Assembly (NCBI GenBank): GCA_965235115.1
Contig: OZ249436.1
Coordinates: 20,646,001 to 20,710,000, forward strand
Length of the DNA stretch: 64,000 nt
Direction: 5' to 3'
From: Laetmonice hystrix
Lineage: Eukaryota
Of the stretch, positions 26,601 to 38,600 are shown piece after piece (the stretch's first letter is position 1; each line of letters begins with the position of its first letter). Below the pieces are notes generated by a model. It was not told where the DNA came from. It made no database searches and was given only the letters and a program-made list of their open reading frames with translations. The position numbers and the translations under genes were made by a program.

Positions 26601-29600
26601 GGAGGAAGGAGAGAACTGGGGAGGGGAGGGGAGAGAAGGGGAGGGGAGAGAAGGGGAGGGGAGAGGGTGAATAAGGCGGTAGGGTTAAGGGGAAGGCTCC
26701 ATGCCTAGACACTGTATACAAACCGGCGGGCCTGGTACACCAGGGGTGCCATCTCTCCCTGGCGTGCCTGGTACTCCCATTTCTCCCTGTAATTACCAGC
26801 ATTTGTTAGCAGACTCAACAGACCTTGAAAATCCCTACGAATCGATTGATTTCGGCCCTTTAATGTTCCTTTCCCACAGGTCTTACTGCATGCCTCCAAT
26901 AATTAACACATTTAACAACTGCGTAATTCCAAATCTACGAGTGGACTGCTAAAGTTGGTCGTTAAAACAGTTTAATTTATTTGCCATTTAACACCATTAT
27001 ACGGAGTTACATCTAGATTTTTTAAGAAAAACTAGAGAAACACACTGAGAACTTGAGGGAATGGTTGGGCAATAGCGACATGAAATACCAACCCTATATC
27101 CTGCTTCTCCTTTTATACCTGGGCTGCCTTCTCCTGTGAGGCCCTAGAACACCCACAAACACTACTATCAATCCTATCCTGTGAGGGCCTAGAACACCCA
27201 CAAACACTACTATCAATCATATCCTGTGAGGCCTTACACCCACAAACACTACTATCAATCATATCCTGTGAGGGCCTAGAACACCCACAAACACTACTAT
27301 CAATCATATCCTGTGAGGCCTTACACCCACAAACACTACTATCAATCCTATCCTGTGAGGCCTTACACCCACAAACACTACTATCAATCATATCCTGTGA
27401 GGGCCTAGAACACCCACAAACACTACTATCAATCCTATCCTGTGAGGCATTACACCCACAAACACTACTATCAATCCTATCCTGTGAGGGCCTAGAACAC
27501 CCACAAACACTACTATCAATCATATCCTGAGAGTTACTTCTTATAACAAATATCACTTGATTCATCACAAAACTTTGCTCCTGAAATGTAACAATATTAA
27601 CTTTCTTTCTACAATACAAATAAATGATCATCGCGTTTAAAAGTCACACGGCATACTTTTAATTTTAATGGGTTCCACTCTTCATTCAAATAAAATATTT
27701 CTATTTTTAACTTCGATTCGTGAATTATTGAGAGAGCAATGATCCTCGAGAAAAATGAATTTCAATTAATGGAATAATGTGAGACGAGGTCATGCGTTCA
27801 ATATTGGATTGGGGAAACAATGAATTGGCAATCGGAACATCATGCATGGCGGATGGATTCCACATGCATGATTAAAAATCACCGAAAATAAACATAAACC
27901 AATGACGTTGACATCAGTGATTGACGTTAATAAATTATCCTGTACATGGACTGCTGACGACACCCGCTACACGGGCCCTTGGCCTGTCTCATTACAGTAT
28001 ACCGAGTTCTAATAACTATTCCTACCGGACTAATTGCTGCATGACTGGCGGCAGTGTTTGAATAAGTTCTGATGATGGCAAGCTGTCTTCAAGCTGTGTT
28101 AGGTGTAAACATGAGGTCCCTAGCGGGATAGAAACACAAGTCTCCCTGACCTTCCTACAAATGAGACAGCCCCCACATCACACACTGATTTAGGTTTGTG
28201 AGAGGCGAGCTAATATTTACATAGTGTTCTGATCCAATCGAGGCGGGAATGATACAATGAATTGCGGCGGCCGGTAGAGTGGCTGTCGTTAGACCCTGAG
28301 TTGTATTGAGCCGCTTAGGTCGGCTGAGCATTGTCTGTGTGTATACAGCTCCTGTCTACAAGGTGACTATACAAAACCATTCATAAAACATAGCTCTTAC
28401 TGACATCCATCACATTGTTCCTGGTGTAAGATATTGCACAAAATGCTATTTTTTATAGAACGTCTACAGTCAGAGAAAACTGTTTTGTGTCTGATATAGC
28501 GGAGACAATGGTACAGTAGAATTAAGGTCCGTTTTATGCGGTTGACATAAAGTTTGACGGGCCAAGAGGTCAGATTAGACTGTCTCAATGATATCGAGTC
28601 ACCAATCTCCACTAGGGACCAATTTAAGTAACATTTGCACAAAGTCAAACCGTGCAGATGTTACTGAAATAGTTTATAAAAATGTACATCTAGGAATATA
28701 GCAAAGCCACCACAGATTTCTGACAAATAACCGATTCTAGAAATTCCGACTTTCATAATTGCAGCAGTTCAAAATGGTTCAAGTCACTTTACAGCAATAA
28801 ACATCCATTTTTACATACTACTTACGCCCGCTTCACACATCTAGACGAAGACAATTCCGAACCAAATCTGGCCAAGTATATCATGACTCAGATAGGACCA
28901 GGCCAGATACATTTTGATAAAGAACCTTTTATGCCAGGAAATATCAGTTTATTATCACAGCCACAGCCTGTTTTTCACCTCTGAAGACGGAGATGATCAA
29001 CGATCGCGTCCTAACCTTGGGGTTTATCCTATCGGCGACATATTTCTCCATCGGACACCTGTCTATCATATTGTTTGTAAATCCTAGTCAGCCAACATCT
29101 AACCCAGTTATTCAGAATACCCGGAATACCAAAGTACTAGATAAGGGTGAAATCAGCAAGTAAAGGATCTCCGAGGAAAGCTCGGGAACAAAATAACTAT
29201 CTCTGGTAGAAATATAGGAAGAACATTTCTCCGCAGTTCGTGTCAAACCTTTCTCTAACCGAAACTCAATGTAAAAGTACTACAAAGATCTAACTAAGAT
29301 ACTGATCTACAAGTTCTACATGGGAACAATGATTTTATCCCTCATAATTAGTAGCCTTCGCATTACACAGAAAAGTGTTCCACTAATCACAGGATTTAAA
29401 ATACATGTTGAAAATCAGAAATAAAGGCATAACACATGTTACGCAAAGGAAAACGTCAAACCAACAAACAAACAAACAAATGAATAAAAGAGTTAAGAAG
29501 AAGTAAGAAAAGTAGAGACAAAATGGCAACCAGAAAAGAAGGTAACAAAGAAAAAACTGCGCTTTGACGGTGAAGCATGAAAAGTCATTTATCTCAAAAC

Positions 29601-32600
29601 CTGACATCAAAACAGGATAATTGAAGAACAGGCCATGGACATTTCAAAACTGGAAGGTCATGCAAGCACACACTAAAAACCATTGATACACACTGGCTGT
29701 GGGCTGTGGTTGTACGAGTACGTTCAACCTGACACAGGATCCAGCAGTCAGATAGCCATCAAAGACTGCATTCGAAATGGTTGCCAAACTTCTCCGAACT
29801 GCTGGACAAACTTGGAACAAATAAATGGCATGCAGACTGTGGGAGGGAAGATGGGAGTTACACTGTATCTACGCACCATTGGACCTTGTGGTCCAGCAAT
29901 TCCTGGTAAACCTGGCATTCCGGTATCACCCAAGTCTCCCTTCTCTCCTGGCTCACCCTGAACCACGTAAACGTCATATATAATTAGTCACCGCCTCCAT
30001 AAATATATATTACTTCTCCAAATCGACATCTGAGACCACTGGTTAAAAATTTATACCCAGCTCTAACAAACTATGACGGTAATGCTTTGTCCTGAGGACG
30101 CAATACACACGATCTATCCCTGGGTGAAGAAATCCTACATTCCGTAATGATAGGAGTACAGGACAACCTTACTAGATCTGATCGCTAGATTGTGGTACCT
30201 AATCACCATGTCAGTCTACTCAACAATGTACATATTTACAATTGTCTTCGGAAACTTTCCCCTTTACTCCAAAATTTACAAAGTGAAATAAAACGGTATC
30301 TTGGACTCTGTAGCCATTTTAACGCGAGAAGTTATTTCATGCAGGTCTTTCAAAAGCAATATTTAAGCTTTCAATCTCCGTATCTTTAAATACTTACTTA
30401 TCAAAAAGTATGTTCTTTAATTTTAGCTCACAGCGAAAAAAAGGAGAAATTATATGAAAAGGATAAAAGGTCGTGATGAACATTTTTCTCTCCACCAAAT
30501 GTTGTTTAAATACCAGTTATCGCATCATGTCATCGTACTTCAAGGTCAGGGTCACGACCACTCACGTTACAGGGCTATTGTCATACATAGCATTTCGATA
30601 TGTACAATTCCTTGATGTATCTAGGGGGATCTTTGCTTACTCCTACCACAAATATAAAAACGGTGAGGACTCGATGTTAATGAGGAGTACACAATCCTAG
30701 AGTTATGAATTCTGACACAGGAAGACACACGGTTGGGGATGGGGATGGGGATGGGGTTGGCGATGGGGATGGGGATAGAATGCCATGCAGCAGAGTGCCG
30801 AACCTGTGGGCCAGGGAATCCCCGCTTGCCATCAACACCTCGCTCCCCCTTGGGACCTGATTTACCCTATATACAAGAAAAAAACAAATGACGTGAACGT
30901 TTCTGTCATTGTGTGCGGGAAGTATACACGGGGTCAAACCAGAGATCCAATTATTGCGCTCCGAGAATATAACACGAGCGGGTAAACCTCAGTACTGACG
31001 ACAGCCAGGGTGAACCACCAAGTCTATCTCACTGTTACTATTGTAATACATCATGTTTCTTATTATTCATGTCACTCTGAAATTACAACAGTCTGGGAAT
31101 TAGGAATGATCAGCTTCATATCCAACACAATCCAATTTTGCTGAGAGCTAGCGAGATAGTAATTGCATTAAGCATGTTAACGTTCTACTATTACCTATAC
31201 AGACATTTCGTCGCGGGACAAAAACTCCCGGTTCTATGGGTGGTACGAAAAACACCTGCGCGACAGCTGGAAAACTTCACACCACTTACCGGAAGTCCTG
31301 GTATTCCGTCCTTTCCAGGAGGTCCCTAAAAAAGACGAGGAGGGTTATTATTAGGTCTTGTATTTTACTCACATCAATGTATCACATCGCGTCACATCAA
31401 TCTCAACATTTTCTTCTTGTTTCACCTTCTACTTTCACATCACTGGTTCAGGATACCATGATTAATGATATATTTCCCAGTTTTATCGTTTTTAGTTTTA
31501 TGCGAAGGTTTCACTGGTATGGTTTAACAATAATCAAACTTGTACATACTGCTGGACCTGGTGGACCCTGCGGACCCTATAAATACAAGGACCAAAATCA
31601 GAATATTAATATCATCATGGCATCAAACATGTAAAATCTTGATGACCACAAAGTTATAAAATGATCATTTATCAGCTTCGGACAAACCCATTCTTATAAC
31701 ACGAAGAGTAATCTCACATATACAGGTGCTGAAGGGCCTACTTGAACAGAGCATCATACCTTTAAAATTCATCGAATCTCGCTACCACTATTAATTTTGT
31801 ACAACGAGAGCGGGTACGGTATATTTTACCTGTTCTCCAGCCGGTCCTGGTAGTCCGTCATATCCTGGCAGTCCGACTGGTCCTTGGGGTCCTGGTTGTC
31901 CTGGAGGACCTGTCTCTCCTGGTTCTCCCTGTCAGGTCAACCCACAGCGCACGCTATCAGTATCACATAACAATCCAACATCTACTGCTGCTATGGTACC
32001 GTCGCCCAAACCAAGACAAACTTTTCTTTTCTTTATACAAAAACATACCATCATGCCATGATTGCTTGTCCGAGAAAAAATTACCACCTATAGCATTTCT
32101 TAGGTTACGGCGATATTACCAAGTTACTGTGCTTTGTTCATTTATTTGGGTTTAAATTTCCAAATGATTCTTCAACGCATAGGCCTACATGATAACTCGG
32201 ATATTATACTAAACAGTAAAGAATCGTTCCAGTGCCACGAGAAAAGAACAGTAACATGCATGATCCTTGTGTCAATGACAAGTCATGCAACTTTCACTGT
32301 AAAGGCATGCACCATCTCATGATCTGCAATAACAGATTAACCATATCCACACTGTAAGGCTACAGCATCTGCAATAACAGATTGACCATATCCACACTGT
32401 AAGGCATGCAGCATCAACTGACAAACACTTGGGAGGCAGAGGTCAAAATTGTAGGAAGACCTACCGGTATTTTCAAGATGTCTGTGTGCAAAAGTTTCGC
32501 CCTTAAAATACATCCAAAATATCCTGGGAGTTAAACTGTTGCTTTCTATGACGACCTTACCTTCAGCGTCACAATGCGGTCAGGCCACTCGTCCCCGAGA

Positions 32601-35600
32601 CCCCCCGGTAGACCTGGCGGACCCCGCAGTCCCTGTAAACATGCCAAACATGCAAATATTCCATGCGGTGACCTTCATGCTAAAAGGTGGACAGGATATC
32701 TGACGTCAAGGTCAGATGCATGCATTGTGACGTCGTGGGCCACGACGTTTCACAGTGTAGCATCCTCCTACGTCGTCATGCTGTAACTGTGAGTAGTGAA
32801 AACATCAACGATCAAAGGACACTCATGCATGGTACAGGACACTTAGAATCAACCACAAACCTTTAATGTGATGACCTCGACAAGGGACCCCTGAAATTAA
32901 CAACCACCATGTCGGTTTTTTACTAATTATTCCTCCTGAAAACGGGGCGGGTTCAGGTGATCAGGTTTCTAGCAAACTCTACCCCGTCTAAACATTGAAA
33001 CGAGATGAATATCAAATATTACATCGACATTTCCCATGTTTGAACCAAATCTTAATTTCCAATGACCGCAATAAGTCTAATCTTCCTATTCCCTTCTTTC
33101 CCCCATGCAATACAACAAGTGAAGACCTCGTGCCATCACTCCAACTCCAACATCCACAGGAATAGACACAGCAAACAGAGACAGAAGACAAACTACACGA
33201 CACGTAGGGTCAACTTTCTGGTCAATTATTACGTTTTACGACGTAATTAAAATATGACTTGAAAGTTAGTTTCCTTGGGAGGCTATAGTTGGGACATAAT
33301 AAAGGCCTTTTAATCGATAACAGAATGGGCGTTCATACTGTGTGAATGAGAAGAAATGTCTGTTTTTGACTGAACTATAGAGAAAAGATCCACGGGGTTG
33401 TGCCGTCCGTTTCCGTGGACAACCGCACGTTCGACGTTTGGCAGACGACAAACAAAATGCTAAATCCGGCGTCTTGGAACATTGACTGGCAGACCTCCAC
33501 TCACTGGCCCAACGGGAACAGGGGCGCAGGGATTGTGTTCAATCTGGTGGGGGTGGGGTTTGGGGGAGTGGGGTTTAACTTGAGGCATGGTAAGGAAACC
33601 CCTCCAGTCTGAAGGTCAAACTGGCCAGTCTATAGGCCTAAAGGATGCTAAGGGAAGGGTCAGCTAGACGAGAGTCATGCGAGACCTGGCTATGTAACAC
33701 ATTTTCATGCCGTGTACCTTGATAGTAACCACTTGAGCGTAACCGAAGGAGCCATCGTGTAGCTCTACCGATCTCTTGGGGGATTTGCCCTGCAAAAAAT
33801 CTCTGACTAGTGTACATGTATCACCAGCACCGTTACGGTGTGTGCAGGACTTAAGGTATCCTGGAAAACTTGGAGACTGCAAAAGATGGGACAGTTAGCA
33901 GAAATAATCACCTCAGGACAAAATTTCATCCAATTTTACATCACTTGATTCATTAAATCTGCTGGAAAACTTCAGAAGTTTTGTTTTCCAGACAAGGCAG
34001 CTTTCAGGAGCTTTTAAAATACATAATAAATCGAGTAGTTGAAAGTATTTGTATCATATCAATATCTATGAATTTATCTCAAAGGTCTCTCTACCAAATA
34101 CTGGAAAGTGAACTCTTGGAAATGCTTTTCTATGATCTGACTGTAACTGGGTTGACAGTAGGTCACCCTGATGTCGCCAGGGGGCGGTGTCTGTCAGTCA
34201 GTGCCCCCTGGTGGCCCCGATCAGCACTACCCGTTGCTTACCTTAGCGCCCGGTGCTCCGTCATATCCCGGCAGTCCTGGCTCTCCTCTGTCACCTTTTG
34301 GTCCTTTGGGACCCTGCAGACAGAGTAGGAATGTCAAAACCATGGACAGCAGTAAGCCTGCAGTCAGGCATCAAACCATGACCGACTATGGAGGGGAATG
34401 GAGCACATGTTGGGCTCTTTGTCTCACAACTCTGTCATCTAAAGGTAGCAAGGATGGAGTTATCAATAGAATGATTAAGATCGATAATCTCTTGAAGTAA
34501 TTTGAATGTAGGGAAAGAGAAACTTACCGGAGGTCCTCGGATTCCGGATGGTCCGATGATACCCTAATGTAGGAAGAAACCAAAGTTTACAGTTTACAGT
34601 TTATTATCACGGGGAAACGTAACACACCAATATCACTCGGAGTTGGGGAACATTTATATAAAATCAATATTATCAAGGCACGATTGAGTTTGTGTAGAAC
34701 TAGATCTATTATACTCACGGCTTCTCCCTTGGGTCCGTCCAGACCAATTGGACCCTAGAAAATACACACAGACATTCAGATAATGTCTGGCCTATGTCAG
34801 GAAATAAAAACCTTGCCGAACGGTTAGTCCTTTCTATGAGAACAATGTATACCAGTGATACATCTGAGATACTGTCTAGGTTTTCCCTTTAGTTCATTTT
34901 AATCAGAATTTCGATTCACAAAAATTCCATCTTCCCCCAACGAAAAATGAAGTTTTTTTTCAAATGAAGCTTCCACACTTTTCATATTACATACATTTAC
35001 ATACATGTATGAATATGAAAATCATCTCACTCGAGAATACACTGAACGAAAGGACACATGATAAAACAGGGTGTGTGTGCCTCGACATAAAGACATAGGG
35101 TTTGCCACACACAATCTAAGTGAAAGAATGAGACGTCCAACTTTACGTGTGGAGAACCCTACCTTTCCAGTATGTACTCTGCCAGCCGTATTAACAGACC
35201 AAACAGTTTATGATCAGATCAAAGGTAACAGTTACGAGATCAGAGAGATCAATTCTTACGTGCAAATACATGGCACTTTTTAAACATGTAATCACAAGAA
35301 GTAGAACAGTAGGAAAATAGATTCAAACCCGACAAAGCTTTCCAATGGCCCCAGCTGCGGCCAGTGCCGCCCTTGATTTGGTTCGAAAACATGATTTCAG
35401 GATTCCGAGAAGATTGCTTCATTGGGTATTTATACTTCCTGTTCCGTTTACACCAGCGAATCCGACGTAATCCAACTTTAGACTGTTAGTGCCTCGGTGG
35501 ATCTCCCCCCCCCCGAGCCGTACCGTGTTGTGGGTAGGCCAGTGAAAGCTCTGTCAGAAAACTCCCACCACCACAATTATACTGATCCCTGATTGGTTTA

Positions 35601-38600
35601 GAATAGGTGCAGGTTATCAGATGTGCGGTCCCATAATGCACAGAAAGGTCAAAGGTCACCGACCAATCAGAGCAGGAGCATCAATCTCGTATAGAAGCAA
35701 TACTGAAAACCAACTAAATGTGGGTACTCATTTGTTTTCAATGTTTCATTCTCAAACAGGCACTACGCAAAGTTTGTGTGTCACAAAAACGTCAACAAAA
35801 TGTCATCAAAGTCAACAAACACACAAGCAAAGTGTCAATGAGACAGGATTTGCAATATCAGTTGGTTTACAGCACTGCAGAAAATTCCTCACATAAAGCA
35901 AAAGGCTCACCAACAAAGTGATGACATTTTAGATTACAACGTCAGAAGAGAGAACAAAATCAAAATCAAAATATGTATTGCGATTTTGTGTGTGTCTGCT
36001 CCATCTGTAATTGGTTTAAACCGAGGGTAAACGGTACACGCTTGCACCATTAGATCATGAACATGCACAGAAACAGACAGACTGAAGGACAGATACCGAG
36101 AACATCGGACACCAACGTCATGTGGATCACATGCCAGTGGGGCAAACAGATTGTAACAAAGTGCATCACAGAAATCAATATACAGACAGATATCATACAA
36201 GAACTGACCATTTTGTTACAGGATTCACCATGTCATGGAGACAGTGGAGGGGGAAGTGTTCAAACGGGTCTACGTGGTACCACACGACAGAGCACATGCA
36301 GTCACCATCTTCATCAACTACGAGTATATGGTCAGATCAGAACAGCTCCATCCACAACTGCCCGGTGGCGTGAACAATGTGGATGCTACTCAAGACAGGG
36401 AAATTACCAGAAAAAATCTCAGCCTTAACAATGAAGATCGAGCCCATTCGTTATCGCTATCACTCATGTAACGAAATCCTGCAACTTATTTAACGTATGA
36501 GGCCCTTACAAGCCCCAGAAAAAAGGATTTTGTAAGCTTTACAAAATTAAACCATTTTTTGAATTGGAAAATGCAAGGAATACAAAGTGAGGGTTCTTTT
36601 TTGGCAGATGCAGGATTTTCTGAGATTTTGCAATAGATCTCTGTAATTTGGCCCTTTTGTGAACTTTCATTCTGGTTGGTAAGCCTGGGTATCAAGGCCC
36701 ATGGAGCACACTTGTTTAGACTCGGGTTAGTGGCCTAACAACGATCTCCTGACACGCTGAGACGAACCGGGAATCCGGGATACCCTCTGCTGCCTTTTAT
36801 TCCCTGAAACAAACCAAAGTTATACAATTAAAAAACACATCGAGACACATTCTTTGACCGGCAACAAAACGGAGAGACTTAAAGAAAGACAGGAAGAACC
36901 CGTGAAATATGTGGTAACATTAGGATGTCAGGGCCCCTACCAGCCAAACGTGTAGAACCATCAATTTACTGGGGATGAGGGAATTGGCCCTGGTTATCAG
37001 TACCTACAACCTTTACATTAATATAGTTGGCTTTCTCCTGGAATCGGAAGGAGTGCGCAAAGGTTGGTCATCTGGTCTGTTCCTAAAAATAGAACTTCCC
37101 GCCGAGTACATAGTGTTAGAATTGAGTGGCAGGTGGCAGCACCTGAAGACATGGCCACGGCCGGCGTACTGGTTGATGGTGCCGCTACCACAGATCGGTA
37201 CGATGCCCTTGTCAGGTCTCCTGCCCTCACTCCTAATCAAAATGCTGCCCAGCCATTCTTCACTCCCTCAAACATGTAACCTAGCCTTCGGCAGGTTTAC
37301 GTTCAGCTGATGGGGATTCACTATAACACCCGGCAATAATAGCTGCGTCAGCACGTCGTATCAAAACAAACCTGTAGGTACTTTCATACGCTAATCTCAT
37401 CATGAAGAACCGCATACTACTTACTACACAAGGATTATTGTAATCAGTATAGCTCCACTGAGATCCTCTAAAATACAACTCGCATTAGGTTTAACAACGT
37501 TATCATAATCTAGGGACTGATTTGTCTATCTCGGCTCCTCTCCCGGCCCAGAGTGTGGTATAGCGACACCAACATCTTCCTTAAATACCTTATATAATTG
37601 GTGAAATACCGAATCTCATACAATGCCTGGTCCGGCATAACCTTAGCCCTATACGCGAAACCCTTCACTATTTATAAACGGAACTTTCAGAACTATACAA
37701 AGTTTTGTCAGGTAAAGTATGCCTGCAAGTCTTATGAATCCATAAGGTGCTAGTAAATGCTTTCTGAAATTCAACAATTCCTGGTCAGAGGGTTCATTGT
37801 GCACCCCCCCCCCCCCCAGTGGGCCCAATGTGCCGTGGTTAATGGAGCCCGGCTCCCCGATTGGCAGTTTCACCAAGTGAGGCCGTGTATTTGGGGATCG
37901 AGCAGTGTTCTCCCCTCGGCTGGATGTGCGAGCAGTAGGTTTCTATTGGCAGCTGACGCACCGTGAAGCGTTGCCTCCTGTCTCAACCCCCAGACCCCCA
38001 CCACCAACCCAACCTAGGGCCTCGTCTATACTCCATCTGTACAGATGCTGCTCCAATGCTGGACCTGTTTCTGTCGATTACAACAGTACAGATCAGATGC
38101 AGTCCATTAGAACCATGGCATGTCTACAATGTGTGTGGTAAACTCTACAGCCAGTATCCGCCCAGTCTTCCTCTCTCACTGCTTGTTGTGTGTTTGTCTG
38201 TCTCTCACCTCTCTCTTCTTACGTCGGCCAATGCATCCTCCTACACAAGTCATCAAATCGTATCAACTCCATGCTTATAAATAAACCAACTGTCATTCAG
38301 AAAATGCCCTGCCTATAGGTTCAGGTTGCAAACTCATCTTTTAACCTTCATATTGAACTTTGCAAAAACATCACCTGTTTACGGCCTAATAAAGTCACAC
38401 CGCCTTTCGACGTATCAATAAAACTTGCCACTAAATATTATGCCCCGGCAGATTCGACAGTCTGCTTCTATACAGGGATGCGGCGGTTGTAATACTCTTA
38501 TATCAGTGATGACCCAGACTCTACTGAAACAGGTAAACTTCAACTCTTGGTATGGCGTCCAATATCAAATGGATCGTGATTTACTTCGGATAGTATGGTA

